A stretch of DNA of 64,000 bases from Candidatus Eiseniibacteriota bacterium (GCA_963725865.1 CAVSAC010000012.1:160001-224000); one strand, 5' to 3'. Numbered from the stretch's first letter, positions 36,417 to 46,533 are shown. The notes: generated by a model not told the origin, from the sequence alone. Translations and numbers: made by a program.

Positions 36417-38165
36417 TCAGCGCACGAGCACGATGCGGGTCGCTTCGTTGGAGCGCTCGCCGGCCAATCGCGCGAAGTAGATTCCGGCCGGAAGCGGGGC
36501 TCCTTCGGTCGTCCGCGACTCCCACTCGAGCTCGCCACGGCCCGGCTCGATCCGGCCCTCCCAGCGCCGCGCGCCGCCCGCGTCGTAGATCTCCAGGCGT
36601 GCGGCGTGCTCGAGCGGCCGCCAACGAAGCCGCACGGATCCGCGCGAGGGGATCGGCGTGGCGGTCAGCGCGTCGACGTCGCGCGGGTCCCGGCCCGGAT
36701 CGACCGCGGTCGTGGGCGCCGCGCAGCCGATTCCGAGCGCGCCGATCTGGCCGCATCCCGGCGCGTTCGCCAGGGGAGAGTCCGCGCTGAGCCACACGGA
36801 ATCCTGCGGCAGGGAACAGAAGCGCGGGTCGACCATCAGATCGGTGGGCCCCGGTGCCGTCCCGCCGACCGCGCCCAGCAGGTTCAGGTACCAGTCATTG
36901 CAGCGCACGGCCTGGATCGGTTGCCCGCCCGACTCGAGGCCGTAGCGACGACTGCCATAGGCGATGTTGTGGTCGACCGAGTCGCTCGCGACGGCCGGCA
37001 TCAGGATGCCGGACCCATTGCTCAGGTAGAAGGTATTGGTGCGCACCTTCCCGAGTGCTGTCGTGGATGCGGCCAGTCCGTGGCCGCCACTGCGCCCCAC
37101 GACGTTGCCGATCACCGAGCCGCCGAGCTCCGTGCGCACGCCGTCGCCGCTCGAGTTCAGCACGACGTTGCTCTGGATCTGGATCTGTGGGAGCGCACTG
37201 GTCTTGCGCTGTATCCAGATGCCGCAGCCCGAGGAGTGATCGACCCGGTTGCCGGTGAGCGTGAGCACGCCCGACGAGACCACCCAGGCACACTCGACGC
37301 GGATGCCGTCGCTCCCGACGCTGTCGACGGTGTTCCACGCCGCGGTCACGGCTCGGAACGTTCCGGTCACGTCGATTCCCGGGCCCTGGCAGCGCTTCGC
37401 ACGGTTGCCCTGCAGGAGGACGGTCGCAGCCGTGGAGAGGCCACCCCCCGTGTCGGTCACGCGGTAGGCCGTCCCCGAGCAGTCGCGAACCTCGTTGTCG
37501 ACCACCATCGCGGTGTAGGACTTGGGCATGACCTGGATCCCGTCGGTGGCCCGTTCGACGGTGTTGTGCTCGATGCTGAGCGATGCGTCCCACGATGCCA
37601 CCGCGATCCCGATGGGTGCGGGGCCCGAGACGTAGCAGCCACGGATGAACCCCCACCCTTCCGTGGACACGTTCAGTCCGCCACCGATGACCGTGCAACC
37701 GTCGATCTCGAACCCACCGATGGCGTGCCCGGAGTAGCCGCCAAAGATCTGACAGCCGTGCAGGCGAAGGAACGAGAGCGAGGACAGCGTCGTGAGGCTG
37801 GAATCGAAACGGCATTCGTCGAATTGCACGTTCCATCCCGCGGCGCGGACGGTGCCGACGAAGTGAATGCCGCGCACCAGCATCGAGGGCATGTCCACGA
37901 TTCCGCGAACGCGTGGGAACGCGCCCGCGCTGTAGCTGTCGTACGAGGTGCGATAGGCCTCGAGGGTGACCACGCTGTGATGGTAGAGGTCGAGGCGCTC
38001 GTCGTAGTCGCCCGCCTTCACCTGGACGACGTCGGCACCGGAGTTGATCGCAGCCTGGATCGTCGGGTACTGGTCCGGCACGATCACCGTGATTGCGCGG
38101 GCGCTGGTCGGAGCGAGCCAGAGGCACAGCGCGAGGACGAGCGGTGAGAAACGGGCGGCGGCCAT
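36417..38165 (-). CDS. Secreted right-handed parallel beta-helix protein with T9SS/FlgD-like C-terminal domain
   Basis: Signal peptide ending SARA, VPDQYPTIQAAIN, repeated N.V....GI turns, DPRFC...C..IGALGIGC and a GIYFARL tail. Confidence 0.85.
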   Translation of the reverse strand: MAAARFSPLVLALCLWLAPTSARAITVIVPDQYPTIQAAINSGADVVQVKAGDYDERLDLYHHSVVTLEAYRTSYDSYSAGAFPRVRGIVDMPSMLVRGIHFVGTVRAAGWNVQFDECRFDSSLTTLSSLSFLRLHGCQIFGGYSGHAIGGFEIDGCTVIGGGLNVSTEGWGFIRGCYVSGPAPIGIAVASWDASLSIEHNTVERATDGIQVMPKSYTAMVVDNEVRDCSGTAYRVTDTGGGLSTAATVLLQGNRAKRCQGPGIDVTGTFRAVTAAWNTVDSVGSDGIRVECAWVVSSGVLTLTGNRVDHSSGCGIWIQRKTSALPQIQIQSNVVLNSSGDGVRTELGGSVIGNVVGRSGGHGLAASTTALGKVRTNTFYLSNGSGILMPAVASDSVDHNIAYGSRRYGLESGGQPIQAVRCNDWYLNLLGAVGGTAPGPTDLMVDPRFCSLPQDSVWLSADSPLANAPGCGQIGALGIGCAAPTTAVDPGRDPRDVDALTATPIPSRGSVRLRWRPLEHAARLEIYDAGGARRWEGRIEPGRGELEWESRTTEGAPLPAGIYFARLAGERSNEATRIVLVR

Positions 38166-38356
38166 GCGGGATCTCCCATCGGCCCCGGGAATGGAGGCGT
38201 GGAGCGGGAGTCCGTGCGCACGGCCCAGGGGCCTAGCGGGCCCGTCGTCGCGAAGTTTGCGCCGACTCCAGCTCGACGGGGGACGTGCGGAGGCTAGCAC
38301 GCTGCTGGGACGATGTCGTTCGGGAATCGCCGCGCGGGCCCTGCGCCCGCTTCTGC

Positions 38357-39685
38357 TCAGGCCGCGCGGCGCGCGGGCTCGTGGAGCGCCTGCGCCAGCG
38401 TGGTGGCCGCGGCCAGCAGCTCGCGCTCGCGCTCGCCGGTGGGCAGCACCTCGAACGCCACGCGGTCCTCGCCCTCGTGCTCGCGCGCGAGCAGGCACAC
38501 CAGCTCGGCGCCGGCCAGGTGGGTGGCCAGGCGCCGCGCGTCGGCGGGGGCGAGCTGGTCGCCCCAGCGCGCCATCATCGCGGCGGGCTCGGTGGACGCG
38601 ACGCGCGCCACCACGTGGCGCACGGAGTCGAGCGCGAGCAGCGCGCCCTCGGGAGTGGCCTCGGTGAGGTCGAGCGCCAGCGTCTCGGGCTCCATCGTCG
38701 CCAGCGCCACGCCGAGCTGCGACGCGCGTGTGGTCAGCAGCGCGCCCGGGCCCTCGTCGTGCCGCCACGTGGGACGGTCCGCGGCCAGCAGCACCGAGCC
38801 ACCGTGCGCGAGCCGCCACGCCACGATCGCGTGCAGCAGGCTCGCGACCTGGTCGGGGTCCTCGCCGCCGACCAGCACCAGCGCGTGGGTCGCGGCGAAC
38901 GCCGCCTCGAGCGGCGCGGCGATCCCGGTCATGCGCGGCGGTCGCAGTCCGGCGGGGCGCAGCCACAGCGACTCGCCGTCGGCACCCGGCACCAGCGTGA
39001 CCTCGAACAGCCGCCCATCGGGAAAGCGCGTCATCGCGCGGCGCGCGCAGTCGGTCGGGCCCTCGAGGCCGTCGGCGCCGAGCAGTCGCGCGCGCAGGTC
39101 CTCGTAGTCGGCGGGCGAGAGCGCGGCGTCGCGCGCCTCGCGCCACGCACCCAGCGCGCGCAGCCGCGCGGGGCGTCCGGGGCGGAACAGCATGCGGTCG
39201 CCGGGATGGCGCAGCGCGTCGAGCTGGCCCGACGGCGCGACCGCGCTGGCGGCCGGCGTGAGCCCGCGCGCCTCGCGCGCCACGCTCGAGAACGCCTCGC
39301 GCAGCGCCTCCATGGTGCCCTGGCGCTCGCGCAGGCGCTCGGCCTCGCCCTCGGCGGAGGCGCCCGACTCGTCCATCTGGCGCGCGGCCTCGAGCATCAG
39401 CGCCTCGGTGCCGACCTCGATCAGGCCGTCGCCGCCGGGCGGTCCGGGGCGGAACTCGAAGTGGCCGGTGCGCCAGCCGAACAGGCGGTAGGCCGCGGAC
39501 TCGCCCTCGCGGAGCTGGTCGTCGACCGCATTGATGATGCGGCCGTCGCGGAAGTAGAAGTAGCCCTTGCGGCCGCCGTCGGTCACCGCCAGGCAGCCGG
39601 TCGCGCGGTTGAGCATCAGCAGCTGGCCGAGGTCGAACAGCCCGACCAGTCCGAGCTCGCCGACCAGGCTGCTGGGCTCGGCCAT
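38357..39685 (-). CDS. DUF4388/PATAN-like domain fused to a degenerate PilT-like ATPase
   Basis: N-terminal L.GEL....LFDLGQLL..NRATG.L..G..YFRDGRIINA..W..G.FEF..LMLEAARQMDE. The remainder aligns by eye with the adjacent PilT but lacks the Walker A Lys. Confidence 0.7.
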   Translation of the reverse strand: MAEPSSLVGELGLVGLFDLGQLLMLNRATGCLAVTDGGRKGYFYFRDGRIINAVDDQLREGESAAYRLFGWRTGHFEFRPGPPGGDGLIEVGTEALMLEAARQMDESGASAEGEAERLRERQGTMEALREAFSSVAREARGLTPAASAVAPSGQLDALRHPGDRMLFRPGRPARLRALGAWREARDAALSPADYEDLRARLLGADGLEGPTDCARRAMTRFPDGRLFEVTLVPGADGESLWLRPAGLRPPRMTGIAAPLEAAFAATHALVLVGGEDPDQVASLLHAIVAWRLAHGGSVLLAADRPTWRHDEGPGALLTTRASQLGVALATMEPETLALDLTEATPEGALLALDSVRHVVARVASTEPAAMMARWGDQLAPADARRLATHLAGAELVCLLAREHEGEDRVAFEVLPTGERERELLAAATTLAQALHEPARRAA

Positions 39686-40767
39686 CAGGCCGCCTGGGCG
39701 CGGGGCCCGCTCGAGCGCTCGAACGGCGCGAGCAGCTCGCGGCTCGTCAGGTGCGGCGCCGCGTCGTCGGCCGACACCTCGCCGGCGCGCACCAGGCCGA
39801 GCACGCTCTCGTCCATGCTCTGCATGCCCTCGCGCTTGCCGGTCTGGATCACCGAGCTGAGCTGGAACGTCTTCCGCTCGCGGATCAGCGACGACACCGC
39901 GCTGTTGCCGCCCAGGATCTCGAGCGCCAGCGCACGGCCCTTGCCATCCTTGCGCCGCAGCAGCCGCTGCGCGAGCACGCCCTTGAGCGACTCGGAGAGC
40001 ATCAGGCGCACCTGCGCTTGCTTCTCGCCCTCGAACGAGTCGATCACGCGGTCGACCGACTGCGCCGCGCTCATGGTGTGCAGCGTGCCGAACACCAGCT
40101 GGCCGGTGGCGGCCGCGGTGATCGCGAGCTGCATCGTTTCGGGGTCGCGCATCTCGCCGACCAGGATCACGTCCGGGTCTTCGCGCAGCGCCGCGCGCAG
40201 CGCCTGCGCGAACGACGGCGTGTGGCGGCCGACCTCGCGCTGCGTCACCAGCGACTCCTTGTTCTGGTGGCGGTACTCGATCGGGTCCTCGATGGTGAGG
40301 ATGTGCTTCTTCTGCGTGCGGTTGATGTGGTCGATCATCGCCGCCAGCGTGCTCGACTTGCCGGTGCCGGGCGGGCCGGTGACCAGCACCAGGCCGCGCG
40401 CCATCTCGGTGAGCCGCGTCACGTGGGGCGGCAGGCCGAGCTGGTCGAGCGAGAGGATCTGGTTCGGCAGGATGCGGAACGCGCCCGCCACGCCGCGCGA
40501 CTGCTCGTAGATGTTGCAGCGCGCCCGCACGACGCCCGGGACCTCGTAGGAGAAATCGACGTCTTTCATGCTGTCGTAGCGCGCGCGGATGTCGGGATCC
40601 ATCATCTCGAACAGCAGCAGCTCGGTCAGCTCGCGGGTCAGCGGCTCGTAGGGGATCGAGGTGATGGACCCGTGGATGCGCATCATCGGCGGGGCCCCGG
40701 TGGTCATGTGCAGGTCGGAGGCACCCTGTTCCTTGACGAGCTTGAGGATGGCGTCGATGCGAGCCAT
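39685..40767 (-). CDS. pilT: Type IV pilus retraction ATPase PilT family
   Basis: GASDLH, Walker A GPPGTGKS, Asp box TIEDPIE, Walker B ALREDPDVILVGEMRD, His box GTLHT, AVSSLIRE (AIRNLIRE-like) and GMQSMD. Confidence 0.93.
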   Translation of the reverse strand: MARIDAILKLVKEQGASDLHMTTGAPPMMRIHGSITSIPYEPLTRELTELLLFEMMDPDIRARYDSMKDVDFSYEVPGVVRARCNIYEQSRGVAGAFRILPNQILSLDQLGLPPHVTRLTEMARGLVLVTGPPGTGKSSTLAAMIDHINRTQKKHILTIEDPIEYRHQNKESLVTQREVGRHTPSFAQALRAALREDPDVILVGEMRDPETMQLAITAAATGQLVFGTLHTMSAAQSVDRVIDSFEGEKQAQVRLMLSESLKGVLAQRLLRRKDGKGRALALEILGGNSAVSSLIRERKTFQLSSVIQTGKREGMQSMDESVLGLVRAGEVSADDAAPHLTSRELLAPFERSSGPRAQAA

Positions 40768-40972
40768 GGCCGTTCCGGACTGGTGGATCCGCGCAGCGCC
40801 CACCGGGCACGGCGCGGGCGGCGGGCACGCCCGGCGCGGGCGCACTCACCCGCCTCCGTTGTCGGCCCTCGAGGGCCCCGCCTCCAGCGGGAAATCCCGG
40901 ACGGAACGGGCTCAATCGCGGGCCGCTCATGGCCGATAAGTCCGATGGTGACCTTCACCTGACGAGAGGACG

Positions 40973-41506
40973 ATGGCTCGTTTCATCCAGAAGCTGCGGG
41001 TGGCCGTCCGCATGTGGCTGCCCCACGAGTCGCCGATGGACGGCACGCTCGCGCTCGGACCGCAGGCCGAGTTCCACCCCGGCCCCGAGACGCTGCTCGA
41101 GCGCCTCAACACGCACGACCGCGTGGTGCCGTTCCATCGCGAGCGCGATGCCGCCACGCTGCTGCTCAACCGGCTCGACATCGAGTGGGTCGAGCCGGCA
41201 CGGGGCGTGCCCGAGAACCTGGTCTGGCCGCCGGCCTGGCAGGTCACGCGCGAGGAGCGCGTGCACCTGCGTCTGGCGAGCGGCCGCGAGCTGTCGGGCC
41301 GCATCCTCATCGAGCTGCCCGAGGACCTCAACCGGGCGTCGGACTTCCTCAACGCCGCGGACGACTTCTTCGCGCTCGTCACTCCCGACGGCGTGCGCTT
41401 GGTGAACAAGCAGCGCATCATCGCCACGCGCGTCTTCGAGCACTCGCCGCGACCGGTGACCGACCTCACCGGCGGCGAGCCCGGCGCGGACGCCGCCAGC
41501 GCCTGA
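40973..41506 (+). CDS. Hypothetical protein with internal duplication (DUF6812-like)
   Basis: Two related halves (LLERLN..VVPF..LLLNRLDI and RASDFLN..FFAL..LVNKQRI); GAGG RBS. Confidence 0.7.
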   Translation: MARFIQKLRVAVRMWLPHESPMDGTLALGPQAEFHPGPETLLERLNTHDRVVPFHRERDAATLLLNRLDIEWVEPARGVPENLVWPPAWQVTREERVHLRLASGRELSGRILIELPEDLNRASDFLNAADDFFALVTPDGVRLVNKQRIIATRVFEHSPRPVTDLTGGEPGADAASA

Positions 41507-41567
41507 TCCGCTCCGGCGCCGCCAGCGCCTGATCCGCTCCAGCACCGCCAACGCCCATCCGCCCCGG
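41491..41567 (+). repeat. 26-bp tandem repeat (2 near-identical copies plus 1 degenerate)
   Basis: CGCCGCCAGCGCCTGATCCGCTCC(G/A)G at 41491 and 41517; degenerate copy at 41543. Confidence 0.85.
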
Positions 41568-41778
41568 CGCTGCCCGCGCCGGCGCGCGCTCCGCCGCCCC
41601 GAATAGGGCCCCGCGCGTGTATCAGCGCCGCCCTGACGTCCACCTCTGATTCGGGAAGCCTCCTGGGCTGCGAAGGGTCGGAGGGGAGGCGGGCGACGTG
41701 GTCCCAACCGGGCTGCGGCGTCCGCACCGGCCCTTCGCCCCGCTTCCCGAGCGCGGACGCGCGATGGCGCGACTGCGC

Positions 41779-41862
41779 CACCCGCGCGCCGCTCGAGCGC
41801 GCACCCGCGCGCCGCTCGAGCGCGCGCACCCGCACGCCGCTCGAGCGCGCGCACCCGCACGC
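41779..41862. repeat. 23-25 bp tandem repeat with palindromic core, about 3.5 copies
   Basis: CACCCGC(G/A)CGCCGCTCGAGCGCG(CG) at 41779, 41802 and 41827, partial at 41852; core CGCTCGAGCG. Confidence 0.85.
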
Positions 41863-42002
41863 ATCGACACCAGCCGGCGCACCGCGGGCGCCCCTACCTT
41901 TGCTCGCAGGGCGATCGACCGTTGCGCCGCGACCGTGCGCTGCGGCATCATCGGTCGCGCTCGTCCGGCCGCGTCCCTGGTTCACCTCGAAGGTGCCCCC
42001 AC

Positions 42003-44066
42003 ATGCACACGCTTCAGCCCGCCCGCATCAAGCCCGGAGTGACACTCGCCACGCTGCCCGGCCCACGCCCGTCCGACATCGCCTCCGTCGCCGGCAGCGG
42101 CGGCCGGCTGGTGCGCGGCACCGCGCTGATCTTCTGGGACCCGAAGACGCCGGGGAAGAAGCTCGACGCCATCGACACCGACCAGATCACGCCGGCCGCC
42201 GACTGCGTCAGCGAGAGCCTCGAGACGCTGGACGAGCGCTGGAAGGCGGGCTCGTTCCGCTACCTGATGCCCGACTTCCGCGCGCGCGTCCACCGCGGCG
42301 AGACGTTCCTGATCGCGGGGGATCGCTTCGCGATCGGCTCCTCGCGCGAGATGAGCCCCGCGGGGCTCAAGGGCGTGGCGGAGGAGAAGGGCCTCGAGTT
42401 GGTGGTGGTGTGCGGGAACAACATGGGCGACATCTTCCGGCGCAACGCGTTCAACCTCGGCCTGCACGTGGTGCAGAGCCCCGAGGCGGTCGCCGACGCG
42501 CGCGACGGGGACGCGTTCGAGTTCGATCCCGACTCGCGCCGCCTGGTGAACTCGACGCAGAAGAAGACCTACGAGCCGGTCCCGCTGACCGCGAAGGAGG
42601 ACGAGATCCGCCGCAGCGGCGGCATTTTCGCGGTCGGCCGCCGCGAGTTCCGCGAGTCGGTCGCCCGCGGGCCCGCGGTCGCGTGGCCCGATGCGGCGAC
42701 CGCGCGGCGCCTGACCACGACCGAGCAGATCCTGTGGGCGCACCGCGTCGACCGCGACGCCGAGGTGAAGCCGGGCGCCACGCTGCGCGTGCTCGCCGAT
42801 CTGCTGCCGGCGTCCGACGGCACCGCGCCGTTCTCGATCCACACGTTCAACCAGATCACCGGCGGCGCCAGCATCTGGCCGCGCCAGCTCGCGATCGCGA
42901 ACGACCATTTCGTGTTCACGGGCCTCGCGGCGGACGACAAGCAGACCTCGATCGGCCGCGCGTTCGCCACCCTGCACGAGATCGAGAAGCCCTACTACGC
43001 GACGCCCGGCGACGGGATCTTCCACTTCTACTTCCCCGAGCAGGGCCTGGTGCAGCCGGGCATGATGATCCCCGGCGCCGACTCGCACTCGCGCGCGTAC
43101 GGCGCGTACGGCGCGATCGGCATCGGGGTGGGCTCCACCACGCTCGGCTTCGGCTGGAGCACCGGCTACATCTACACCACGGTCGCAGCGCCGCGACGCG
43201 TGACGTTCCGCGGCGCGCTGCAGCCATGGGTGACCGGCAAGGACCTGGTGCTCGAGCTGCTGCGGCGCTGGGGCGCCAAACAGTCGCAGGGCATGAGCGT
43301 CGAGTTCGTCGACGGCGACCGCCAGCTGCCGATCGCGTTCCGCAACACGATCTGCAACATGATGGCCGAGGCCGAGAGCTGGAACGGCATCTTCGCGCCC
43401 GACGACATCACGTATGCGTGGTTCCGGGCGAAGGGCATGACCGAGCTGCCGTACCCGGGCGCGTCCTCCGGACGGGCACCCCTCGCGCCCGGCGCCGACG
43501 TGGCGTGGGCGATCGACGAGACGCTGTCGCTGCCCGACGTGCGGCCGATGATCGCCAAGCCATTCAGCCCCGGCAACGCGTTCGCGGCCGAGGAGGTGGC
43601 GAAGGAGCGCCTCACGTTCGACAAGGCGATGATCGGCTCCTGCACCAACGGCGGCTACGACGACCTGCTGAGCGCGGCGCTCGTGATCCGCGCCGCGCGC
43701 GCGCAGGGCGCCACGAAGGCGGCGAAGGAGTTCGTGATCTTCCCGGGCTCCGGCGGCGTGAAGCAGCAGATCGAGCGCCCCGATGCGCGGCTCGGCGGCG
43801 AGAGCATCGCCGAGGTGTTCCGCTCGGTCGGCGGGCAGATCCGCCAGAGCTGGTGCGGCCCCTGCTTCGGCCAGGGCCCCGACGCGCTCGCGAAGGGCGA
43901 GCGCGCGATCACGACGTTCAACCGCAACTGGACCAACCGCATGGGCCTCGGCGGCGAGGGCTACCTCGCGAGCCCGTGCGTGGTGGCCGCGAGCGCGCTG
44001 CTCGGCTACATGGCGCCGCCGAGCGAGCTGGGCCTGGCGTGGGAGGCGGAGGCGTTCGCGGTTTAG
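42003..44066 (+). CDS. Aconitase/isopropylmalate isomerase family hydratase, fused swivel (LeuD-like) then 4Fe-4S (LeuC-like) domains
   Basis: N-terminal DAIDTDQITPA, FAIGSSRE and IFRRNAFNLGL; then NDH, GIFH, GADSH, GSCTNG, WCGPCFG, NRNW.NRMG and YLASP. Confidence 0.88.
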   Translation: MHTLQPARIKPGVTLATLPGPRPSDIASVAGSGGRLVRGTALIFWDPKTPGKKLDAIDTDQITPAADCVSESLETLDERWKAGSFRYLMPDFRARVHRGETFLIAGDRFAIGSSREMSPAGLKGVAEEKGLELVVVCGNNMGDIFRRNAFNLGLHVVQSPEAVADARDGDAFEFDPDSRRLVNSTQKKTYEPVPLTAKEDEIRRSGGIFAVGRREFRESVARGPAVAWPDAATARRLTTTEQILWAHRVDRDAEVKPGATLRVLADLLPASDGTAPFSIHTFNQITGGASIWPRQLAIANDHFVFTGLAADDKQTSIGRAFATLHEIEKPYYATPGDGIFHFYFPEQGLVQPGMMIPGADSHSRAYGAYGAIGIGVGSTTLGFGWSTGYIYTTVAAPRRVTFRGALQPWVTGKDLVLELLRRWGAKQSQGMSVEFVDGDRQLPIAFRNTICNMMAEAESWNGIFAPDDITYAWFRAKGMTELPYPGASSGRAPLAPGADVAWAIDETLSLPDVRPMIAKPFSPGNAFAAEEVAKERLTFDKAMIGSCTNGGYDDLLSAALVIRAARAQGATKAAKEFVIFPGSGGVKQQIERPDARLGGESIAEVFRSVGGQIRQSWCGPCFGQGPDALAKGERAITTFNRNWTNRMGLGGEGYLASPCVVAASALLGYMAPPSELGLAWEAEAFAV

Positions 44067-44088
44067 CACCGGCGCGCGCCCGCCCGCC

Positions 44089-46533
44089 TCAGCGCACCGT
44101 CACCAGCCGCCGCGCGGTGCGCGCGCTTCCCGCACGCAGCTCGCACAGGTAGACGCCGGGCGGCAGCCGGCGCGCATCGAGCGGCACCGAGTGCCAGCCC
44201 GCGTCGAACCACGCGCGGTCGAGCGGCCGCGCCCGCTCGCGGCCCGCGAGATCGAAGATCCGCAGCGAGACGTCGGCACCCGCCGGCAGCTCGAAGCGCA
44301 GCGCAAGCAACCCGCGCGCGGGGTTCGGCGCGATCGCGAGCGACAGCGATCGCGCGCGCGTGCCCGGGCCCGGGCCGACTCCGGCGGTGGCCGGATCCTG
44401 GATCGCCACCAGGTACGACTGCGGCTGCCCCGACGCGAACGCGAAGTTGCCGCCTGCCCACACGGTGCCGGGTGCCGCGAGCAGGCACTGCACGTCGCTG
44501 CCGCAGGTCGGATCCCACGCGGTGAAGGCGCCGCTCGTGGCGTCCATCGAGCACACGAAGAAACGGGTCAGCGCGCCGTTGTTCACGAGCGTGAACTGGC
44601 CGCCGGCGTAGAGCGACCCGCCGGTCACCGCGAGCGCGCGGACGGTGTTGCCGATCACGCCGCTCCACGGCAGCAGCGCGCCCGAGGCGCCGTAGCGCAC
44701 CACGCTGCCCGTGAACGCTCCGCCCACCGTGTTGAACGCGCCGCCGACGTACACGATCGAGTCGCGCGCCACCAGCGCGAACACGTCGTTGTTCAGCACT
44801 CCGCCCCACGCGGCCGCCGCCCCGCTGGCGGGATCGAGCTTCGCAAGATGGCTGTGTGCGATACCGCCCATCTGCGTGAACGAGCCGCCCGCGTAGAGCG
44901 CAGCGCCGTCGGTCGCGAGCGCGTACACGATCGCGTTCGCGTTCGGATCGAACGTCGTCGCGAGCCCGCTCCCCAGGTCGAACGCGCCGAGGCGGCTGCG
45001 CGCCTGAGAGCCGAGCGTGGTGAACGTGCCGCCGACGTAGAGCAGCGGACCGGCCGCCAGCGTGGTGTACACGATCCCGTTGGTGCCCGGGTTCCAAGCC
45101 GTCAGCGCGCCGCTCGCGAGCTGGAACGAGGCGAGCGAGGCGCGCGACTGGCCGCCGGCGCTCGAGAACGCGCCGCCGACGTAGAGCGAGTCGCCCTGCA
45201 CCGAGAGGGTGTAGACCGCGTTGCTCGCGCCGGGATTCCAGCTGGTGGCCGCGCCGGTCGCCAGGTCGAGGGCCGCGAGTCGCGTGCGGAACACCCCGCG
45301 CGCGCTGCTGAAATCGCCACCCGCCTGGAAGCCGCCGCCGGTCGCGGCGAGCGAGTAGACCACGCCGTTCGCCCCGGCGCCCCAGTCGAGCGCGGTACCG
45401 GTCGCGGCGTCGAATCCGGCGAGATAGCGCCGAGAGATCGAACCGTTCACCTGCGAGAACGTGCCGCCCGCCGCCACCACGCCGCCGGCGACGGCGAGCG
45501 CGTTGACCTGGCCGTCGGGATTCGGATTCCACGCCGTGGCGGCGCCGAAGTTGCCGGCGTCCAGCGCCGCGAGGCGGCTGCGACTGGCCCCGCCGATGGC
45601 GGTGAAGGCGCCGCCCGCGTACAACGTCGAGCCGCTGATGGCGAGCGCGTACACCGTGCCGTTCGAGTTGGGGTTCCAGCTCGGCAGCGCCAGTCCGGTG
45701 CTGGTGTCGAGCGCCGCGATGCAGTTGCGGGTGGCGCCGCCGATGGAGTTGAAGCCGCCGCCCACGTAGAGCGTGGGGCCCGCGAGCAGCAGCGACCACA
45801 CGATGCCGATCGAGTTCGGATTCCACGTGCCGAGGGTGCCGGTGTCGAGCGCGAACGCGGCGATGCCGCGGCGGGTCTGGCTCGCGATGGTGTTGAAGTC
45901 GCCGCCGACGTAGAGCAGCTCGCCGCTCGCCTCCAGCGCCCGCACGGCCGCGTTCGGCGCGGGGTTCCACGCCATCACCGTGCGGCTGTTCAGGTCGATC
46001 GCGCCGAGCCGGTTGCGCGTCATGCCGCCGATCGAGCTGAAATCGCCGCCCACGTAGAGCGTCGAGCCGGAGCGGCGCAGCGCGCGCACCACGCCGTTGG
46101 TCGCCAGCGTCCATGCGGCGTCGCGCGTGCCGTCGGGCAGCAGGTGCGCGAGGTAGGTCTGCACGGCTCCGCCGACGTACGCCATACGGCCGCCCACATA
46201 CCAGCCGCCCGCGCCATCGTCCGCGAACGCGAGCACGCCGTTGTCCACTCCGACCTGCGCGGAGATCCGAGCCGCCGGCGCCGTCGGCGTGCCGGTCGCC
46301 GGGTCGATCGCGGTGAACGCGCCGGTGGCGGGCCCGAGGTAGTCGAACGTGCCGCCCAGGTAGAGCGTGTTTCCCGCGCGCGCCATCGCGTAGACCGTGT
46401 TGTTGGCGATCCACAGATCGGGGCGCACGTTCTCGAACGCGAGGGCGGCGGCCGGCAGCACGCATGCGGCACACGCCGCGATCAGCACGGAGGTCCTGCG
46501 GGCGAAGCGGTCGCGGAAGCTCGGTGGGCGCAT
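44089..46533 (-). CDS. Secreted beta-propeller repeat protein with T9SS/FlgD-like C-terminal domain
   Basis: Signal peptide ending ALA; many LYVGGxF..IGG..R..LAAxD..TG..WNP repeats; tail APNP..FDLAGR..GVYLCEL. Confidence 0.88.
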   Translation of the reverse strand: MRPPSFRDRFARRTSVLIAACAACVLPAAALAFENVRPDLWIANNTVYAMARAGNTLYLGGTFDYLGPATGAFTAIDPATGTPTAPAARISAQVGVDNGVLAFADDGAGGWYVGGRMAYVGGAVQTYLAHLLPDGTRDAAWTLATNGVVRALRRSGSTLYVGGDFSSIGGMTRNRLGAIDLNSRTVMAWNPAPNAAVRALEASGELLYVGGDFNTIASQTRRGIAAFALDTGTLGTWNPNSIGIVWSLLLAGPTLYVGGGFNSIGGATRNCIAALDTSTGLALPSWNPNSNGTVYALAISGSTLYAGGAFTAIGGASRSRLAALDAGNFGAATAWNPNPDGQVNALAVAGGVVAAGGTFSQVNGSISRRYLAGFDAATGTALDWGAGANGVVYSLAATGGGFQAGGDFSSARGVFRTRLAALDLATGAATSWNPGASNAVYTLSVQGDSLYVGGAFSSAGGQSRASLASFQLASGALTAWNPGTNGIVYTTLAAGPLLYVGGTFTTLGSQARSRLGAFDLGSGLATTFDPNANAIVYALATDGAALYAGGSFTQMGGIAHSHLAKLDPASGAAAAWGGVLNNDVFALVARDSIVYVGGAFNTVGGAFTGSVVRYGASGALLPWSGVIGNTVRALAVTGGSLYAGGQFTLVNNGALTRFFVCSMDATSGAFTAWDPTCGSDVQCLLAAPGTVWAGGNFAFASGQPQSYLVAIQDPATAGVGPGPGTRARSLSLAIAPNPARGLLALRFELPAGADVSLRIFDLAGRERARPLDRAWFDAGWHSVPLDARRLPPGVYLCELRAGSARTARRLVTVR

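Noticed and set aside
41491..41862. Possible CRISPR array
   Set aside because: The repeats are directly adjacent with no unique spacers, and there are no cas genes in the window.
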